Below, in pieces: positions 29,744-40,559 of a DNA stretch of 64,000 nt (within the stretch, counting starts at the first letter, position 1; the number at the start of each line of letters is the position of its first letter). Below the pieces are notes generated by a model. The model did no database searches and had not been told where the DNA came from. It saw only the letters and a list, made by a program, of their open reading frames with translations. The position numbers and the translations under genes were made by a program. The stretch lies in contig CALCNV010000140.1 in the NCBI GenBank assembly GCA_937897645.1, positions 110,872 to 174,871 of the forward strand. Direction: 5' to 3'. The DNA is from an uncultured Lysobacteraceae bacterium (GTDB lineage Bacteria; Pseudomonadota; Gammaproteobacteria; Xanthomonadales; Xanthomonadaceae).

Positions 29744-32173
29744 ATGGTCAGGCGCCTGCCTGGGGGATGTGCACGGATGCTTGCTGCGTGGAAAACACTT
29801 CGTGGTTGCTGGTCACTGACGGATGCAGGTGCGGATGCGCAATCCCTTCTGTTGAACCGGCAGCTTCGCAACCTGTTCCGTGTCGTGCCGATCTATGTGC
29901 TGTCCAACCTGATCAGCGGATCGCTGCTGGTGTTCGCAATGCGATCCTACCTGCCGCTTGCAGGCACGCTCGCGTGGTTCACTGCATTCGTGCTGGTGCA
30001 TGCGGGATGGGCCCTGCACGCATTGCGGAAAGAGCACATCGCAAGGCATTCGTCACCGGATTCCCATTCCATCGGCGATCTGCGCGTATCTGCATCCTGG
30101 TGTGCCTTGGCGGCCGTCACCTGCAGCGTGGCTTTCTACCTGGGCACGCCGCTGGCAGCGGACGAGGGCTCGCGGCTGCTGCTGGCCGCCTATGTGCCTG
30201 GCCTGATCGCAACCGGCGTGTTGGTGGGCATCACCACGCCGCTGATTTCCATTGTGTGGCTGGTGGTGATGACGGTGGGCGCCTGCCTGATGGTCGGCAA
30301 CCTTGATTTCCTGCTGCAGGGGCTGACCATCGGCATGTTGATCTGGTACGCGGCCATGCTGGCCGTGGCCCTGTTGTTTGCATCGCGCATGTTCGTTGCG
30401 CGGACTGCGGCGGATCTTGAGGCCGAGAACGAACGTCAAGTGGTGGGATTGCTGCTGGGTGACTTCGAGGAAAATGCCAGCGACTGGCTGTGGGAATGCG
30501 ACAACGCGGGCTTGCTGACCCGCGCGAGTGCGCGACTGGCCAGCGTGCTGGGACGCACGCAATCCAATGTCATTGGCATGCCATTGGCGTCGCTGTTCGC
30601 CGCGCATCGACTCATCACGATTCCATCGGACAAGGAGGTAGGCGTTGGCGCGTTGCAACAGCGGCTTGCGGGTACTGGCGCTTTCAGCAACGTCATCGTG
30701 GAAGCGCGTGTTGGTGGCACGCAGCGAAGCTGGAAGCTCAGCGCGAAGCCGCTGCTGCATTCGGATGGAAAGCGGGCGGGTTGGCGCGGAGTGGGCAGCG
30801 AGGTGTCCGATGCCAGGGCAAGGGAGGCGGAAGGAATAGGCCGCGAGCGCCACTTGCATCATCTCGCCACCCACGACGTGCTGACGGAACTGCCCAATCG
30901 AAGGGCTTTCCTCGAAGCGGTGTCGCGGATGCTGGAAAACGCAGGGCATGGCCCAACGACTTCCAACGCAATGGCATTCATCGACCTGGACAATTTCAAG
31001 ACGGTCAACGACACGCTTGGCCACAGTGCGGGCGATGTGGTGCTCAGGAGCGTGGCGACGCGGTTGCGGCGTGCCTTGCATCCCGGTGATTTCCTGGCGC
31101 GGCTGGGAGGCGATGAATTCGCGATCCTCATGGCCGGTCTGTCCGGCCACGATCCGCTGGACGAAATCCAGGACCGTGCACAACGCGTGCTGGAACAGCT
31201 TCGCACTCCCGAGACCATCGAGCAGTTCCGCATCGACGTGCGTGGCAGCATTGGCATCACCCAGGCGCTGGCCGCGCCCGAGAGTCCGTATGAATTGATG
31301 CGACGGGCGGACATCGCCTTGTATGTCGCCAAGGACTCGGGCCGCGACAATTTCAAGATCTACGAACCGGCGATGAGTTCGCGAATGACCCATCGCTTGT
31401 CCACGGTAAGTGACCTGGCCGGCGCGCTGGAGCGCGGTGAGCTCGAGGTGGTGTACCAGTGCATCGTCGAGCTGGACAACAGCAAGATCGTGGGCTGCGA
31501 AGCGCTGCTGCGCTGGCACCATCCACGCTATGGACTGATACCTCCTGCCGAGTTCATACCCGCGGCCGAGGAGTCCGGTTTGATCGTTCCCATTGGAATA
31601 TGGGTGCTGCAACAGGCGTGCCGCGATGCCATGCAGTGGCCAGAGGGCATCGGCGTCGCGGTGAACGTATCGGCGATACAGGTCGGCAGCCCGTTGATCG
31701 TCGAGTCCATCGTGGAGGCCGTACGTGCCACCGGCATCGATCCTTCGCGGGTGGAGCTGGAGATCACCGAGTCGGCGATCTCGCGCGATGACCAGGTGGC
31801 GCGCAACGTGCTGCAAGGCCTGCGCGAACACGGGTTCCCGTTGGCCATTGACGATTTCGGCACGGGCTACTCGTCGATGGCGCAGTTGCGGGAGCTTCCT
31901 TTCGATACCCTTAAGCTGGATCGCTCGTTCGTGACCGGCCTGGATGGCGAGCGAAGCAGTGCATCGAACGCCATCATTTCCTCGCTGCTGCACCTCAGCC
32001 GGTCCATGAACATGTCGGTCATCGCAGAAGGCGTTGAAACCGGTGGCGAGTGGAAGGCCTTGCAGGAGCTGGGCTGCCAGTACGGGCAGGGCTACCTGTT
32101 CGCAAGGCCGCAATCACAGGGACGGCTGCTGTCGATCCTGCGGTCGGGCTACCTGGATGTCGGCCAGGCATAG
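29744..32173 (+). CDS. Membrane-bound PAS-GGDEF-EAL c-di-GMP enzyme
   Basis: N-terminal TM helices; ARLGGDEF; [34 protein letters not shown]. Confidence 0.92.
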   Translation: MVRRLPGGCARMLAAWKTLRGCWSLTDAGADAQSLLLNRQLRNLFRVVPIYVLSNLISGSLLVFAMRSYLPLAGTLAWFTAFVLVHAGWALHALRKEHIARHSSPDSHSIGDLRVSASWCALAAVTCSVAFYLGTPLAADEGSRLLLAAYVPGLIATGVLVGITTPLISIVWLVVMTVGACLMVGNLDFLLQGLTIGMLIWYAAMLAVALLFASRMFVARTAADLEAENERQVVGLLLGDFEENASDWLWECDNAGLLTRASARLASVLGRTQSNVIGMPLASLFAAHRLITIPSDKEVGVGALQQRLAGTGAFSNVIVEARVGGTQRSWKLSAKPLLHSDGKRAGWRGVGSEVSDARAREAEGIGRERHLHHLATHDVLTELPNRRAFLEAVSRMLENAGHGPTTSNAMAFIDLDNFKTVNDTLGHSAGDVVLRSVATRLRRALHPGDFLARLGGDEFAILMAGLSGHDPLDEIQDRAQRVLEQLRTPETIEQFRIDVRGSIGITQALAAPESPYELMRRADIALYVAKDSGRDNFKIYEPAMSSRMTHRLSTVSDLAGALERGELEVVYQCIVELDNSKIVGCEALLRWHHPRYGLIPPAEFIPAAEESGLIVPIGIWVLQQACRDAMQWPEGIGVAVNVSAIQVGSPLIVESIVEAVRATGIDPSRVELEITESAISRDDQVARNVLQGLREHGFPLAIDDFGTGYSSMAQLRELPFDTLKLDRSFVTGLDGERSSASNAIISSLLHLSRSMNMSVIAEGVETGGEWKALQELGCQYGQGYLFARPQSQGRLLSILRSGYLDVGQA

Positions 32174-32256
32174 ATAGGTGGGGCACGCCCGCCCGCCGCA
32201 GCATCACGTGGCGTGCAGGCTTCCCGCAGGGGAGGTGGCTGAGGCATGCTGGCGAC

Positions 32257-34440
32257 ATGAAGCTTCCCTATGCATCGCACCGGTACGGACGTTGGGCATG
32301 GCGCGCGCTGTTCGGATTGGTAGGTCTTTACGCGCTGTACCTGGTCGCCGGCAACGTGTTCCTCAACACAGCGCTCGGCCCGTGGTCAGTGAACCGCAAG
32401 CCCGAAAAATTCGAAATCCACTGGGGGGGTGGCAGCACCTGGTGGCCGGGGCAGGTGTCGGTGTCCGACGTGAAGCTGAGGGGCCATGTGCGACGCACCG
32501 AGTGGTCGCTGCAGGCCGAACAGGCCAAGGGGCAGATCAGCCTGTTGCCACTGTTCCGCAAGGAATTCCGCATGCCCCATGTAGCGGCCACTGGCCTGAG
32601 TGGCGGCACCGGGCGCGCGTCCAAGGACATGCCCAAACCCGTGCCGCGCCCGGGCGGCTGGACCCTGCGTTTCGACCGCATCGTCGGCGAGGACGTGCGG
32701 CGCGGGACGTTTGGCGCGCTTGTGCTGGAGGGCGATGGACGGGCGGAATTCGGCTTCGTCAAGCAGATGCGCGGCGGGCCGATGGAGATACTGCCCTCCA
32801 CCGCAAGATTCACCGGTGCACGCCTCTCGAACGCTGGCAAGGAGCTGCTGCGGGACGGCGCCATCAACGCTCGGTTCGCCATGGACAAGCATCGCAGCGA
32901 GGACGCACCGGGCCTCGACAAACTTGCGCTTGTGGATGCCGAACTTGCGCTTGACGGCCTGACGGCTGGGCTTGATGTGTCGCTGGGCGCGGACGACAAG
33001 CTGGTGATGAAGACCTTGCCGGGCGAAGGTGCTGCACACGCCAAGCTGGCTTTTGCACGTGGCGTGCTCAAGCCCGGCAGCACGGCCACCTGGAACATGC
33101 CGTTGACCAGCACCGATGGTGCCGGTGTTTCGCACAGCGATGCACTGCAGTCCACCCTGGTCGTGGATCGCGACATGCACCTGACCGCCAAAGTGCCACC
33201 GCAGGCAGGTGGCGTGCTGGGCCTTGACGCTGATCTGCGCGTGCAGGGCAACGAGGTGCCGTACAAGCAGCTGGCAAGCCTGTTGCCACGAACTTCCGGA
33301 CATGTGAAGGGGCAATGGCGTTTTGCTTCATTGCGCTGGCTCGAAACCTTTTTCACCCATGCGCCGTGGTTGTCACTGGACGGTGCGGGCGATGTCGCGG
33401 TCGACATGCAGGTGGTCGATGGCGAGATTGCGTCAGGCAGCACGTTCAGCGTGCCGGAAATCGTCGTTGTCGCCGAAGTGATGGACAACCGCATCGAAGG
33501 CAAGGCGCGGGCAGATGGAAGTATCAGTGCAGGCCCGACGGGCGAACTGCAGCCTGCGATGAACATAGTGATGGAGCGCTTCACCATCGCCGCCAACGAC
33601 AACCTGCGCGTGCCCTACCTGCAAGGCCGCGACCTGCGCCTGGACCTCAGTACCGGCGAAGCCCTGGGCAAGGGTGCGGTAGCACTGGGCGATTCGCTGC
33701 GCGCGCGCCTGGCGTTCAGCGGCGCGCAGTTGCCCGACCTGCGCGTCTACAACCGTTACATGCCCAATCCGCACCTGCGCTTCGAAGGTGGATCCGGCAC
33801 AGTCAGTGGCGACCTGTACCTGGACGCCGCCGGTGATGTCGGCAACGGCTGGGTACGCCTGTCCGCACGCAAGGCGCAGATGCGCATGGCCGGCATCGCC
33901 CTGCGCGGCAATATCGACATCAATACCCAGTTGCGCCGCGCCGACATGGCGAGGCGCAGCTTTGCTGTGGATGGCAGCACGGTGAAGATGGACAACATCA
34001 GCTTCAGCGAGCCCGGCGGTGAAACCCGCAGCGGCTGGTGGGCACGCATCAACCTGCCGCGTGCGCGCATGGACTGGAACAAGCCGCTGGCCGTCGCTGG
34101 CAGTGCCGACGTGACCATGAAGGATGTCGGTTTCCTGCTGTCGCTGTTCTCGCGCCAGCGCGAGTATCCCAAGTGGGTCTACAAGCTGGTCGATTCCGGA
34201 CAGGCGCAGGTGAAGGGCAAGGTGCAGTGGAGCAACGACACCTTGTTGCTGGACCAGATCGATGCCAGCAACCAGCGGTTCGACCTGCTCGCGCGCATGC
34301 GTCTCCGGGGACAGAGCCGCAATGGCAGCCTGTATGCCAAGTGGGGGCCTTTGAGCATGGGCGTGGAGATGGATGGCACCAAGAGTAAGTTCCATCCGAT
34401 TCGTGCCAGGCAGTGGTACGACGCCCAGACCCTGCGTTGA
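32257..34440 (+). CDS. Large single-pass beta-rich protein, AsmA/DUF748-like
   Basis: N-terminal TM (YLVAGNVFLN) followed by ~690 aa of repetitive beta-strand sequence; family assignment tentative. Confidence 0.6.
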   Translation: MKLPYASHRYGRWAWRALFGLVGLYALYLVAGNVFLNTALGPWSVNRKPEKFEIHWGGGSTWWPGQVSVSDVKLRGHVRRTEWSLQAEQAKGQISLLPLFRKEFRMPHVAATGLSGGTGRASKDMPKPVPRPGGWTLRFDRIVGEDVRRGTFGALVLEGDGRAEFGFVKQMRGGPMEILPSTARFTGARLSNAGKELLRDGAINARFAMDKHRSEDAPGLDKLALVDAELALDGLTAGLDVSLGADDKLVMKTLPGEGAAHAKLAFARGVLKPGSTATWNMPLTSTDGAGVSHSDALQSTLVVDRDMHLTAKVPPQAGGVLGLDADLRVQGNEVPYKQLASLLPRTSGHVKGQWRFASLRWLETFFTHAPWLSLDGAGDVAVDMQVVDGEIASGSTFSVPEIVVVAEVMDNRIEGKARADGSISAGPTGELQPAMNIVMERFTIAANDNLRVPYLQGRDLRLDLSTGEALGKGAVALGDSLRARLAFSGAQLPDLRVYNRYMPNPHLRFEGGSGTVSGDLYLDAAGDVGNGWVRLSARKAQMRMAGIALRGNIDINTQLRRADMARRSFAVDGSTVKMDNISFSEPGGETRSGWWARINLPRARMDWNKPLAVAGSADVTMKDVGFLLSLFSRQREYPKWVYKLVDSGQAQVKGKVQWSNDTLLLDQIDASNQRFDLLARMRLRGQSRNGSLYAKWGPLSMGVEMDGTKSKFHPIRARQWYDAQTLR

Positions 34441-34720
34441 ATGCAATGCGTACGCATGCCGCACAGGGAAGCGTGCGCGTGGAATGAGTGATACGCCTAT
34501 TCAGTTTTGATCGGATGATGAAGCTGGAAGGCGGCTTGATGACACTGCCTGCTGCCCCCGATTTCCGGCAGGCCCATGCAAACAAGGCATGTAATCGTTC
34601 TCATGGAATTGCCGCGAACGGGCTTCTACTGAACCCTCCAGTACTGTTTTGCAGTGCAGCGTGCAAGACATGTGAAGCGTCCTTCACGATGCGCCCGCAT
34701 CCCGACGTGGGGGAGGGAGC

Positions 34721-34755
34721 AAGCCCGCAATAGCCTAGCTGTTGCGGGCTTTTTT
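34721..34755 (+). terminator. Intrinsic terminator in intergenic region (possible sRNA 3' end)
   Basis: AAGCCCGCAATAGC-CTA-GCTGTTGCGGGCTT-TTTT. Confidence 0.8.
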
Positions 34756-34807
34756 ATGCCTGTCGTTTTTCGTGGGGCAGTCGGCCGGACTCAATGTCCG
34801 CCGCTCC

Positions 34808-35119
34808 TCATCCGTGCTGCATGCGCTGCCAGGTCTGCCGGATGATGCTTTGGCCGCGCGACCACTCGAGGCGCTGCGCCGCCGGCAGGTGGCTTTCATA
34901 GCGTTCCTTGAGCGCCGGCAGCAGTGGCTCCAGTGGCGAGCGGTAGTGCAGCAGGAAAGCGTCGTAGCCGAACTTGAGCGTCGGCTCGTAGGCATCGAAC
35001 TTCCAGCCGGATCGGTGGAATCCCTGCTTCTCGTAGCAGCGTCGCCAGTACGCAAGCTCCGCTTCGATATCAAGCATCACGTCTTGTGATGGTGCATGGT
35101 CAGTGTGCGCGGAGTCCAT
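34808..35119 (-). CDS. Conserved hypothetical protein (YWR..Y...F..YEP.LKFGYD..L.W type)
   Basis: GGGAGGGAG SD before ATG; motif pattern typical of Xanthomonadaceae small proteins. Confidence 0.7.
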   Translation of the reverse strand: MDSAHTDHAPSQDVMLDIEAELAYWRRCYEKQGFHRSGWKFDAYEPTLKFGYDAFLLHYRSPLEPLLPALKERYESHLPAAQRLEWSRGQSIIRQTWQRMQHG

Positions 35120-35361
35120 GACTCCCTCCCGCTGCGAACAATGGTTCCCCCTGCTTGTCCAATTTTCCGGCATCTTGGTAAAAATGTCGTGACGCAAAAG
35201 TTGCAGTTCCATGGCGTTCACAGCTGATAACGTGAACTGGATTACCAATCCGGGCGCCATTCGTCGGAACACCTGCACACGACACGGCGTTGCAACATCG
35301 GTTGGCCATTCTTCGTCGCCCGATCGACGCCGCGTGGATGCCGCGGGTGAGGAGCAACGTC

Positions 35362-35574
35362 GTGGACCGTGTGAAATTTACCGTCGCGCCGCTCTACAAC
35401 GGCTGGCAAGTGCGCGATGAACTCAGGAATCGCGACTGGTGCGTGCGGCTGGAGGATGCCGTGATTGCCGCCGATACGCTGGCGCAGGCGCTGCATGCAT
35501 TGACCGGCAAGCCAACCGGCATCGTGATTGACGACGGCAGCGGCCTGCAGACCGAATGCAGGCGGCATGGCTGA
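35362..35574 (+). CDS. Small hypothetical protein (GWQV..; A..LA..LH..TG.PT.IVI), DUF2188-like
   Basis: GAGGAG SD then GTG at 35362; 70 aa. Confidence 0.6.
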   Translation: MDRVKFTVAPLYNGWQVRDELRNRDWCVRLEDAVIAADTLAQALHALTGKPTGIVIDDGSGLQTECRRHG

Positions 35575-35618
35575 CCGGGTAGCGTGGTGCCTGCACGGAC
35601 CCGCTTATTCCAGTCCTC

Positions 35619-36503
35619 TTATTCCAGTAGGTCGCGCAGCGCAGCTTCCAGTTCGGGGTGTTCGAAAACGAATCCCTCCGCCTGCGCACGCACTGGCACG
35701 ACCTGCTGCCCGGTAAGCAGCAAGGTCGACATCTCGCCGAACATCAGTTTCAGTGCGATCGCCGGTGTGGGAAGCACCGCGGGACGATGCAACACCTTGC
35801 CCAGCGTATGCGCCAAGTCGCGGTTGCGCAGCGGATTGGGTGCGGTGCCGTTGTAGGCACCCTGGGTATGTTCGTGCTCCAGCAGCCACAGGATCAGTCG
35901 CACCAGGTCTTGCCGATGCACCCAGCTCATCCATTGCCGGCCATCGCCCATGGGGCCGCCCGCGCCGAGCTTGAAGGGTGGCAGCATCTTCGCCAATGCA
36001 CCGCCGTCCTTGCCCAGCACCACGCCAATGCGCACCGTGCACACACGCAACCCCAGTGCCTGTGCAAGCAGGGCCTCGGCTTCCCAGTCGCGGCAGAGCT
36101 GTGCGGCGAAATCACTTCCCGCCGGTGCATCCTCGTTGACGGGTGCATCGTCGCGCGGTCCGTAGTAACCAATCGCGGAACCGGACACCAGTACGCGCGG
36201 CCGCACGGGCTGTGCTTCGATCCATTGCAGCAGGCGCTGCGTGGTGCCGATGCGCGAGTCGCGGAATTCCTGCTTGCGTTGGGCCGTCCAGCGTCCGTCC
36301 GCCAATGGCTCCCCGGCCAGGTTGACCACGGCCTCGATCGGGCCGGCTTGTTCGAGATGCTCGATGGATTGAACACCGGGCATTTCCACAGCAGCCTTCG
36401 CCGGACTGCGGGTCAGCACGCAAGGTTCATGCCCTGCGCGAACGAGTTGCTGGCACAGCGCCCGCCCGATAAAGCCCGTGCCGCCGGTGACAAGTACATG
36501 CAT
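35619..36503 (-). CDS. TIGR01777-family NAD-dependent epimerase (YfcH-like)
   Basis: VTGGTGFIG, VVNLAG, SAIGYYG, G.G.QWMSWVH..D. Confidence 0.92.
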   Translation of the reverse strand: MHVLVTGGTGFIGRALCQQLVRAGHEPCVLTRSPAKAAVEMPGVQSIEHLEQAGPIEAVVNLAGEPLADGRWTAQRKQEFRDSRIGTTQRLLQWIEAQPVRPRVLVSGSAIGYYGPRDDAPVNEDAPAGSDFAAQLCRDWEAEALLAQALGLRVCTVRIGVVLGKDGGALAKMLPPFKLGAGGPMGDGRQWMSWVHRQDLVRLILWLLEHEHTQGAYNGTAPNPLRNRDLAHTLGKVLHRPAVLPTPAIALKLMFGEMSTLLLTGQQVVPVRAQAEGFVFEHPELEAALRDLLE

Positions 36504-36632
36504 TGACTGGAGTCCTGCTAGACAGGCGCCGAGTGTAGCCATGGCATGTATGCGCGACGCGAAGACCGCGACCGCGCGCTGCACCCGGCGTGCGAAGCTA
36601 GCGGCATCGAAACTTCTTGGGGGACGCAGCGC

Positions 36633-37538
36633 ATGGAACTTGGAATGATTGGCCTGGGACGCATGGGCGCCAACATGGCCGAACGCCTGGTGCGTGGCGG
36701 TCACCGCGCGGTGGGCTTCGATCCCAGTGCCGAAGCGCGAACGCGCGCAGGCGGCCAGGGCATCACGCCCGTGGCCACGTTGGCGGAGCTGGTGGACCAG
36801 CTCGCTACACCGCGCGTGGTATGGATGATGGTGCCGGCCGGCCATGTGGTCGACGACACGCTGGCGCAATTGCTGCCGTTGCTGGCACCCGGCGACACGG
36901 TCATCGATGGCGGCAATTCGTTCTACAAGGACACGCAGCGGCGCGCGGCACTGCTGGCGGAACATGGGCTGCATTATGTCGATTGCGGTACCAGTGGCGG
37001 CGTGTGGGGCCTGGCGGAGGGCTACAGCCTGATGTTGGGTGGCGAGGCGGCGGCGGTGGAGCGCTTGACGCCGTTGCTGTCCACGCTGGCGCCGGGCAGT
37101 GGGCGTGGTTGGGGTCGGGTGGGGCCCAGCGGTGCGGGGCACTTCACCAAGATGGTCCACAACGGCATCGAGTACGGAATGATGCAGGCGTACGCTGAAG
37201 GGTTTTCCATCATGCAGCACAAGACGGATTTCGCGCTGGACCTCCACCAGGTGGCGGAAATCTGGCGCGAAGGCAGCGTGGTGCGTTCGTGGTTGTTGGA
37301 TCTAACGGCGGATGCGTTGGGCAAGAATCCTGGGATGGACGGCATTGCGCCCTACGTCGAGGATTCCGGCGAAGGCCGCTGGACGGTGGCCGAAGCCATC
37401 GACCTCAATGTCGCCGCCCCGGTGATCACCGCGTCACTGATGGAGCGTATTCGCTCGCGCGATGACGATTCCTTCGCCGACAAACTGCTGTCGGCGATGC
37501 GCAATGAGTTTGGTGGGCATAAGGTGAGGGCGGAGTAG
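36633..37538 (+). CDS. gnd: 6-phosphogluconate dehydrogenase (short, decarboxylating)
   Basis: GLGRMG, DGGNS, GTSGG, KMVHNGIEYG, DSGEGRW, MRNEFGGH. Confidence 0.93.
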   Translation: MELGMIGLGRMGANMAERLVRGGHRAVGFDPSAEARTRAGGQGITPVATLAELVDQLATPRVVWMMVPAGHVVDDTLAQLLPLLAPGDTVIDGGNSFYKDTQRRAALLAEHGLHYVDCGTSGGVWGLAEGYSLMLGGEAAAVERLTPLLSTLAPGSGRGWGRVGPSGAGHFTKMVHNGIEYGMMQAYAEGFSIMQHKTDFALDLHQVAEIWREGSVVRSWLLDLTADALGKNPGMDGIAPYVEDSGEGRWTVAEAIDLNVAAPVITASLMERIRSRDDDSFADKLLSAMRNEFGGHKVRAE

Positions 37539-37543
37539 CAAGC

Positions 37544-37592
37544 AGGATGGGTTGAGCGCAGCGGCTTTCAACAACGATTACGGTCTACCCAT
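37544..37592. repeat. Degenerate REP (GTAGGATGGGTTGAGCG...ACCCATC type)
   Basis: gcaggatgggttgagcgcagcg...ctacccatc remnant. Confidence 0.45.
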
Positions 37593-37639
37593 CAGCCGGC
37601 GCTGGGGCTACCCGCATATTTGCGCTAATCCGACGTCAG

Positions 37640-37666
37640 GGAACCAAATCCCTGGACGGCGGTCTG
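37640..37666 (+). promoter_or_regulatory. Possible ECF/sigmaE-type promoter upstream of the LpxR-like gene
   Basis: GGAACC-N16-GTCTG. Confidence 0.4.
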
Positions 37667-37778
37667 TTCATCGCCTCCCTGGACCACAACGCCGCCTGAT
37701 GCCTGCAGTGACTGGCACGGCGGTATTTCTTTGCGTGGCGACCACGTTCCGCCACCCCCATAAAAAAAGTTGCCACAC

Positions 37779-38831
37779 ATGAAACCTCTCGCCTGGATCG
37801 CCACGGCCCTGATCCTGTCTCCGTCGCTGTGTCTGGCTGCAACCGAGTGCAGTGACGAAAATTCGGCACTGGAAAATCCCGCGTGGCTCAACTTGCGCAT
37901 GGACAATGATGCCTTTGGAAGTGAATCACAGGACCACGGCTATTCCAACGGCCTGTACCTGACCATGGTCTCGCCCGACCTAGCGGGCCGGGGCAATGAT
38001 GCGTGCTTGCCGTTTCTGTCGCGCAGCGTCAATCGTTTCGTGGAGTGGACGCATCCAGGCGGCTACGAACAACAGAACATGCTGGTCGGTATCAGCCACG
38101 GCATCTACACGCCCGACGACAAGACGCGTAGCGACCTGATCGAAGACGACCGACCGTATGCCGGCGTGTTGATGCTGAGCCTTGGCTATAACGCGCGCAG
38201 CGGTGACAGTTTGCAGACCAGCCACCTACGCATGGGCATGGTCGGCCCCTCGGCGCTTGGACAACAGGTGCAGAATGCCGTGCACAGCGTGATTGACGTG
38301 CGACGCGCGCAAGGCTGGCAGCACCAGTTGCGTGACGAGCCGCTGCTGCAAGTGCTGCACGAGCGCCTGCATCGCTGGCAGCCAAGCGCCACCAGCAATG
38401 CAGATGGCTGGGGATGGGATGTGATCGGCCATGCCGGCGGCAGCTTGGGTAACTACGCCACGCATGCCAATACCGGTGCGGAAGTGCGTTTCGGCTGGCG
38501 CGTGCCGGATGACTTTGGCAGCAATCCACTGCGACCTGCCGGCGATAATACTGCGTCGCGAAATAACGCCGTGCGCCCCGGATGGGCATGGCATGCCTTC
38601 GTCAGCATGGAAGCACGCGCGGTGCTTCACGACATCACGCTCGATGGCAATACGTCTAAGCCCAGCCATTCCGTCGACAAGCGACCACTCGTCACAGACC
38701 TGGGTTACGGCGCCGTGGTCAGTCGTGGCCGCTGGAAGCTTATCTTGGCGCAGTACCAGCGCAGCCGTGAATTCGAAAGCCAGTTGGAGCCGCCGTCATT
38801 TGGAAGCTTGAGCGTTAGCCGCGCTTTTTGA
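37779..38831 (+). CDS. Lipid A 3'-O-deacylase LpxR family outer-membrane barrel
   Basis: Signal peptide, DND...D.GYSNG, IYTP...DRPYAG, GW.HQL..E, REF, terminal F. Confidence 0.88.
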   Translation: MKPLAWIATALILSPSLCLAATECSDENSALENPAWLNLRMDNDAFGSESQDHGYSNGLYLTMVSPDLAGRGNDACLPFLSRSVNRFVEWTHPGGYEQQNMLVGISHGIYTPDDKTRSDLIEDDRPYAGVLMLSLGYNARSGDSLQTSHLRMGMVGPSALGQQVQNAVHSVIDVRRAQGWQHQLRDEPLLQVLHERLHRWQPSATSNADGWGWDVIGHAGGSLGNYATHANTGAEVRFGWRVPDDFGSNPLRPAGDNTASRNNAVRPGWAWHAFVSMEARAVLHDITLDGNTSKPSHSVDKRPLVTDLGYGAVVSRGRWKLILAQYQRSREFESQLEPPSFGSLSVSRAF

Positions 38832-38889
38832 TACCGAAAACTTCGGTCATAGAGAAGGGGTCAGAGTGAGCCACCCCTGTTTTCTTGCT

Positions 38890-39297
38890 TTAGTTCGCTT
38901 TTTTCAGGTTACCGATGTAATTGATGCCCATTATTTTGAGGACCACGTTGCGGAAAGCCTTGCCTAATGGATAGAAAAGGCGGGCGCGGCGCTGGCTGCC
39001 GAAGAACCAATAATTGAGGCGGTTGAACACGCCCGACGAAGTGCTGAGCAGAGACATCATCCAGATTGCGTCTGCGCCGTAGTACATGACGTCCTTGAAC
39101 TTGAGGACCATCCCTTGGTCGATATCCAGACCGGCAGCTGTGATTTCATCCATCAGCTCTCCGGGTTTGCGCGCATCCACCAGGCGCAGTTCGCCAACAG
39201 TGTCGCGAATGCGGGCATAGCGGCACCAGTTCGTGCAAACCGGGCATTCGCCGTCGTAGACCAGCCAGGCGATTTCATGCGCTTTATCAGTGCTCAT
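38890..39297 (-). CDS. DCC1-like thiol-disulfide oxidoreductase
   Basis: LVYDGECPVC motif. Confidence 0.88.
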   Translation of the reverse strand: MSTDKAHEIAWLVYDGECPVCTNWCRYARIRDTVGELRLVDARKPGELMDEITAAGLDIDQGMVLKFKDVMYYGADAIWMMSLLSTSSGVFNRLNYWFFGSQRRARLFYPLGKAFRNVVLKIMGINYIGNLKKAN

Positions 39298-39352
39298 TGT
39301 CGGTTCCTTCATTCACTTGCGTTTTATTCCGGCTAGGATTATCTTACACGGC

Positions 39353-39372
39353 AATTAACTAATTTGCTAATT
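39353..39372. promoter_or_regulatory. ArsR-type operator inverted repeat
   Basis: AATTAAC-TAATTT-GCTAATT immediately upstream of the ArsR start. Confidence 0.55.
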
Positions 39373-39375
39373 CAT

Positions 39376-39699
39376 ATGCAGATCGACTCCGTATTTGAAG
39401 CCTTGGGTTCTACCCCGCGACGCAAGATACTGGCCTACCTGTCGGAGACCTCGCTGACCGCCAGCGAGATTGCCGACCGTTTCGACATGACCAAGCCCGC
39501 ACTAAGTCGACACCTCAAAGTGCTCGAAAACGCGGGTCTTGTGCGCAGCGAGCGCAAGGGCCAGTTCGTGCACTACTCGCTGGCCGATAAAAACATGCTC
39601 GGCACGCTGCATGATTTCCTAGCTACCTTCTGCCCGGTGGGTGGGCCGCTTAAGCGCGAGAGTGCAGCGATGGCTAAAGCTTCCCGGAGTCGCAAATGA
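39376..39699 (+). CDS. ArsR/SmtB-family regulator
   Basis: VFEAL....RRKIL..L...LTASEIA.RF.MTKPALSRHLKVLE.AGLV. Confidence 0.92.
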   Translation: MQIDSVFEALGSTPRRKILAYLSETSLTASEIADRFDMTKPALSRHLKVLENAGLVRSERKGQFVHYSLADKNMLGTLHDFLATFCPVGGPLKRESAAMAKASRSRK

Positions 39700-40484
39700 G
39701 CCGTGGTGCACCAGCCATCGACAACGGCATCTACGACCGTGTGCCCGACACGTGGTGGGACGAGGACGGTTTCATGGCCTTGCTGCGAACGTCAGTCAAT
39801 CCGCCGCGCGCGGCATACTTCCGACGGCTGGTGCAGCCGCGCTTGGATAGCGGAACGCAGCGCCTGCTTGACGTCGGTTGCGGCGGCGGATTTCTGGCTG
39901 AGGAGTTCGCACGACTAGGCTGTGAGGTTACTGGCCTTGACCGATCCGCGCCGACCCTGGCTGCCGCCCGCGAGCACGCGCAGTGTGGCAAGCTTGGCAT
40001 TGACTACATGGAAGGCAGTGCGGATTCACTCCCGTTCCCTGATGCACATTTCGATGTGGTGTCTTGCTGCGATGTACTTGAACACGTGGACAATCCTGTG
40101 GTGGTGCTTGGCGAAATTGCACGCGTGTTGAGGCCGGATGGCATGTTCCTGTTCGACACCATCAATCGCACGCTGCGCAGCAATTTGCTGGCGATCAAGA
40201 TCATGCAGGACTGGCCCCTCACGCGCTTGATGCCGAGGCATGTGCACGTGTGGGAGAAGTTCATACGGCCCTCGGAGTTGCAGGCAGGCATGGCTGGACA
40301 CGGTTTACGTAACCAGGAGTTCGTGGGGTTGTCTCCAGGCGGGAACCCGCTGCCGGCTGTCGCTGCCTTCTTCAAGACGAAACTGGGGCGGATGAGTTTT
40401 GAGGAACTGGGCAAGCGGGTGCGTCTACGTGAAAGCCGTGACCTTTCCATTTCATATATGGGCTATGCAATGCGAGGGCCATAG
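39696..40484 (+). CDS. UbiG-like SAM-dependent O-methyltransferase (paralog type)
   Basis: WW, NP.R, LDVGCGGG, DVLEHV, F.TINRT, H..EKFI.P.E. Confidence 0.85.
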   Translation: MSRGAPAIDNGIYDRVPDTWWDEDGFMALLRTSVNPPRAAYFRRLVQPRLDSGTQRLLDVGCGGGFLAEEFARLGCEVTGLDRSAPTLAAAREHAQCGKLGIDYMEGSADSLPFPDAHFDVVSCCDVLEHVDNPVVVLGEIARVLRPDGMFLFDTINRTLRSNLLAIKIMQDWPLTRLMPRHVHVWEKFIRPSELQAGMAGHGLRNQEFVGLSPGGNPLPAVAAFFKTKLGRMSFEELGKRVRLRESRDLSISYMGYAMRGP

Positions 40485-40559
40485 CCTAGGTTAGCTTCAC
40501 CAACCCAGCGCCGTTGCCATGGTTTCGCTTGCTGGGTTGATGTAGCCAACCCAGCCTAC
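40481..40559. repeat. REP doublet (GTAGGCTGGGTTGG..CAACCCAGC family), degenerate
   Basis: Inverted units 40481-40509 and 40531-40559. Confidence 0.7.
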
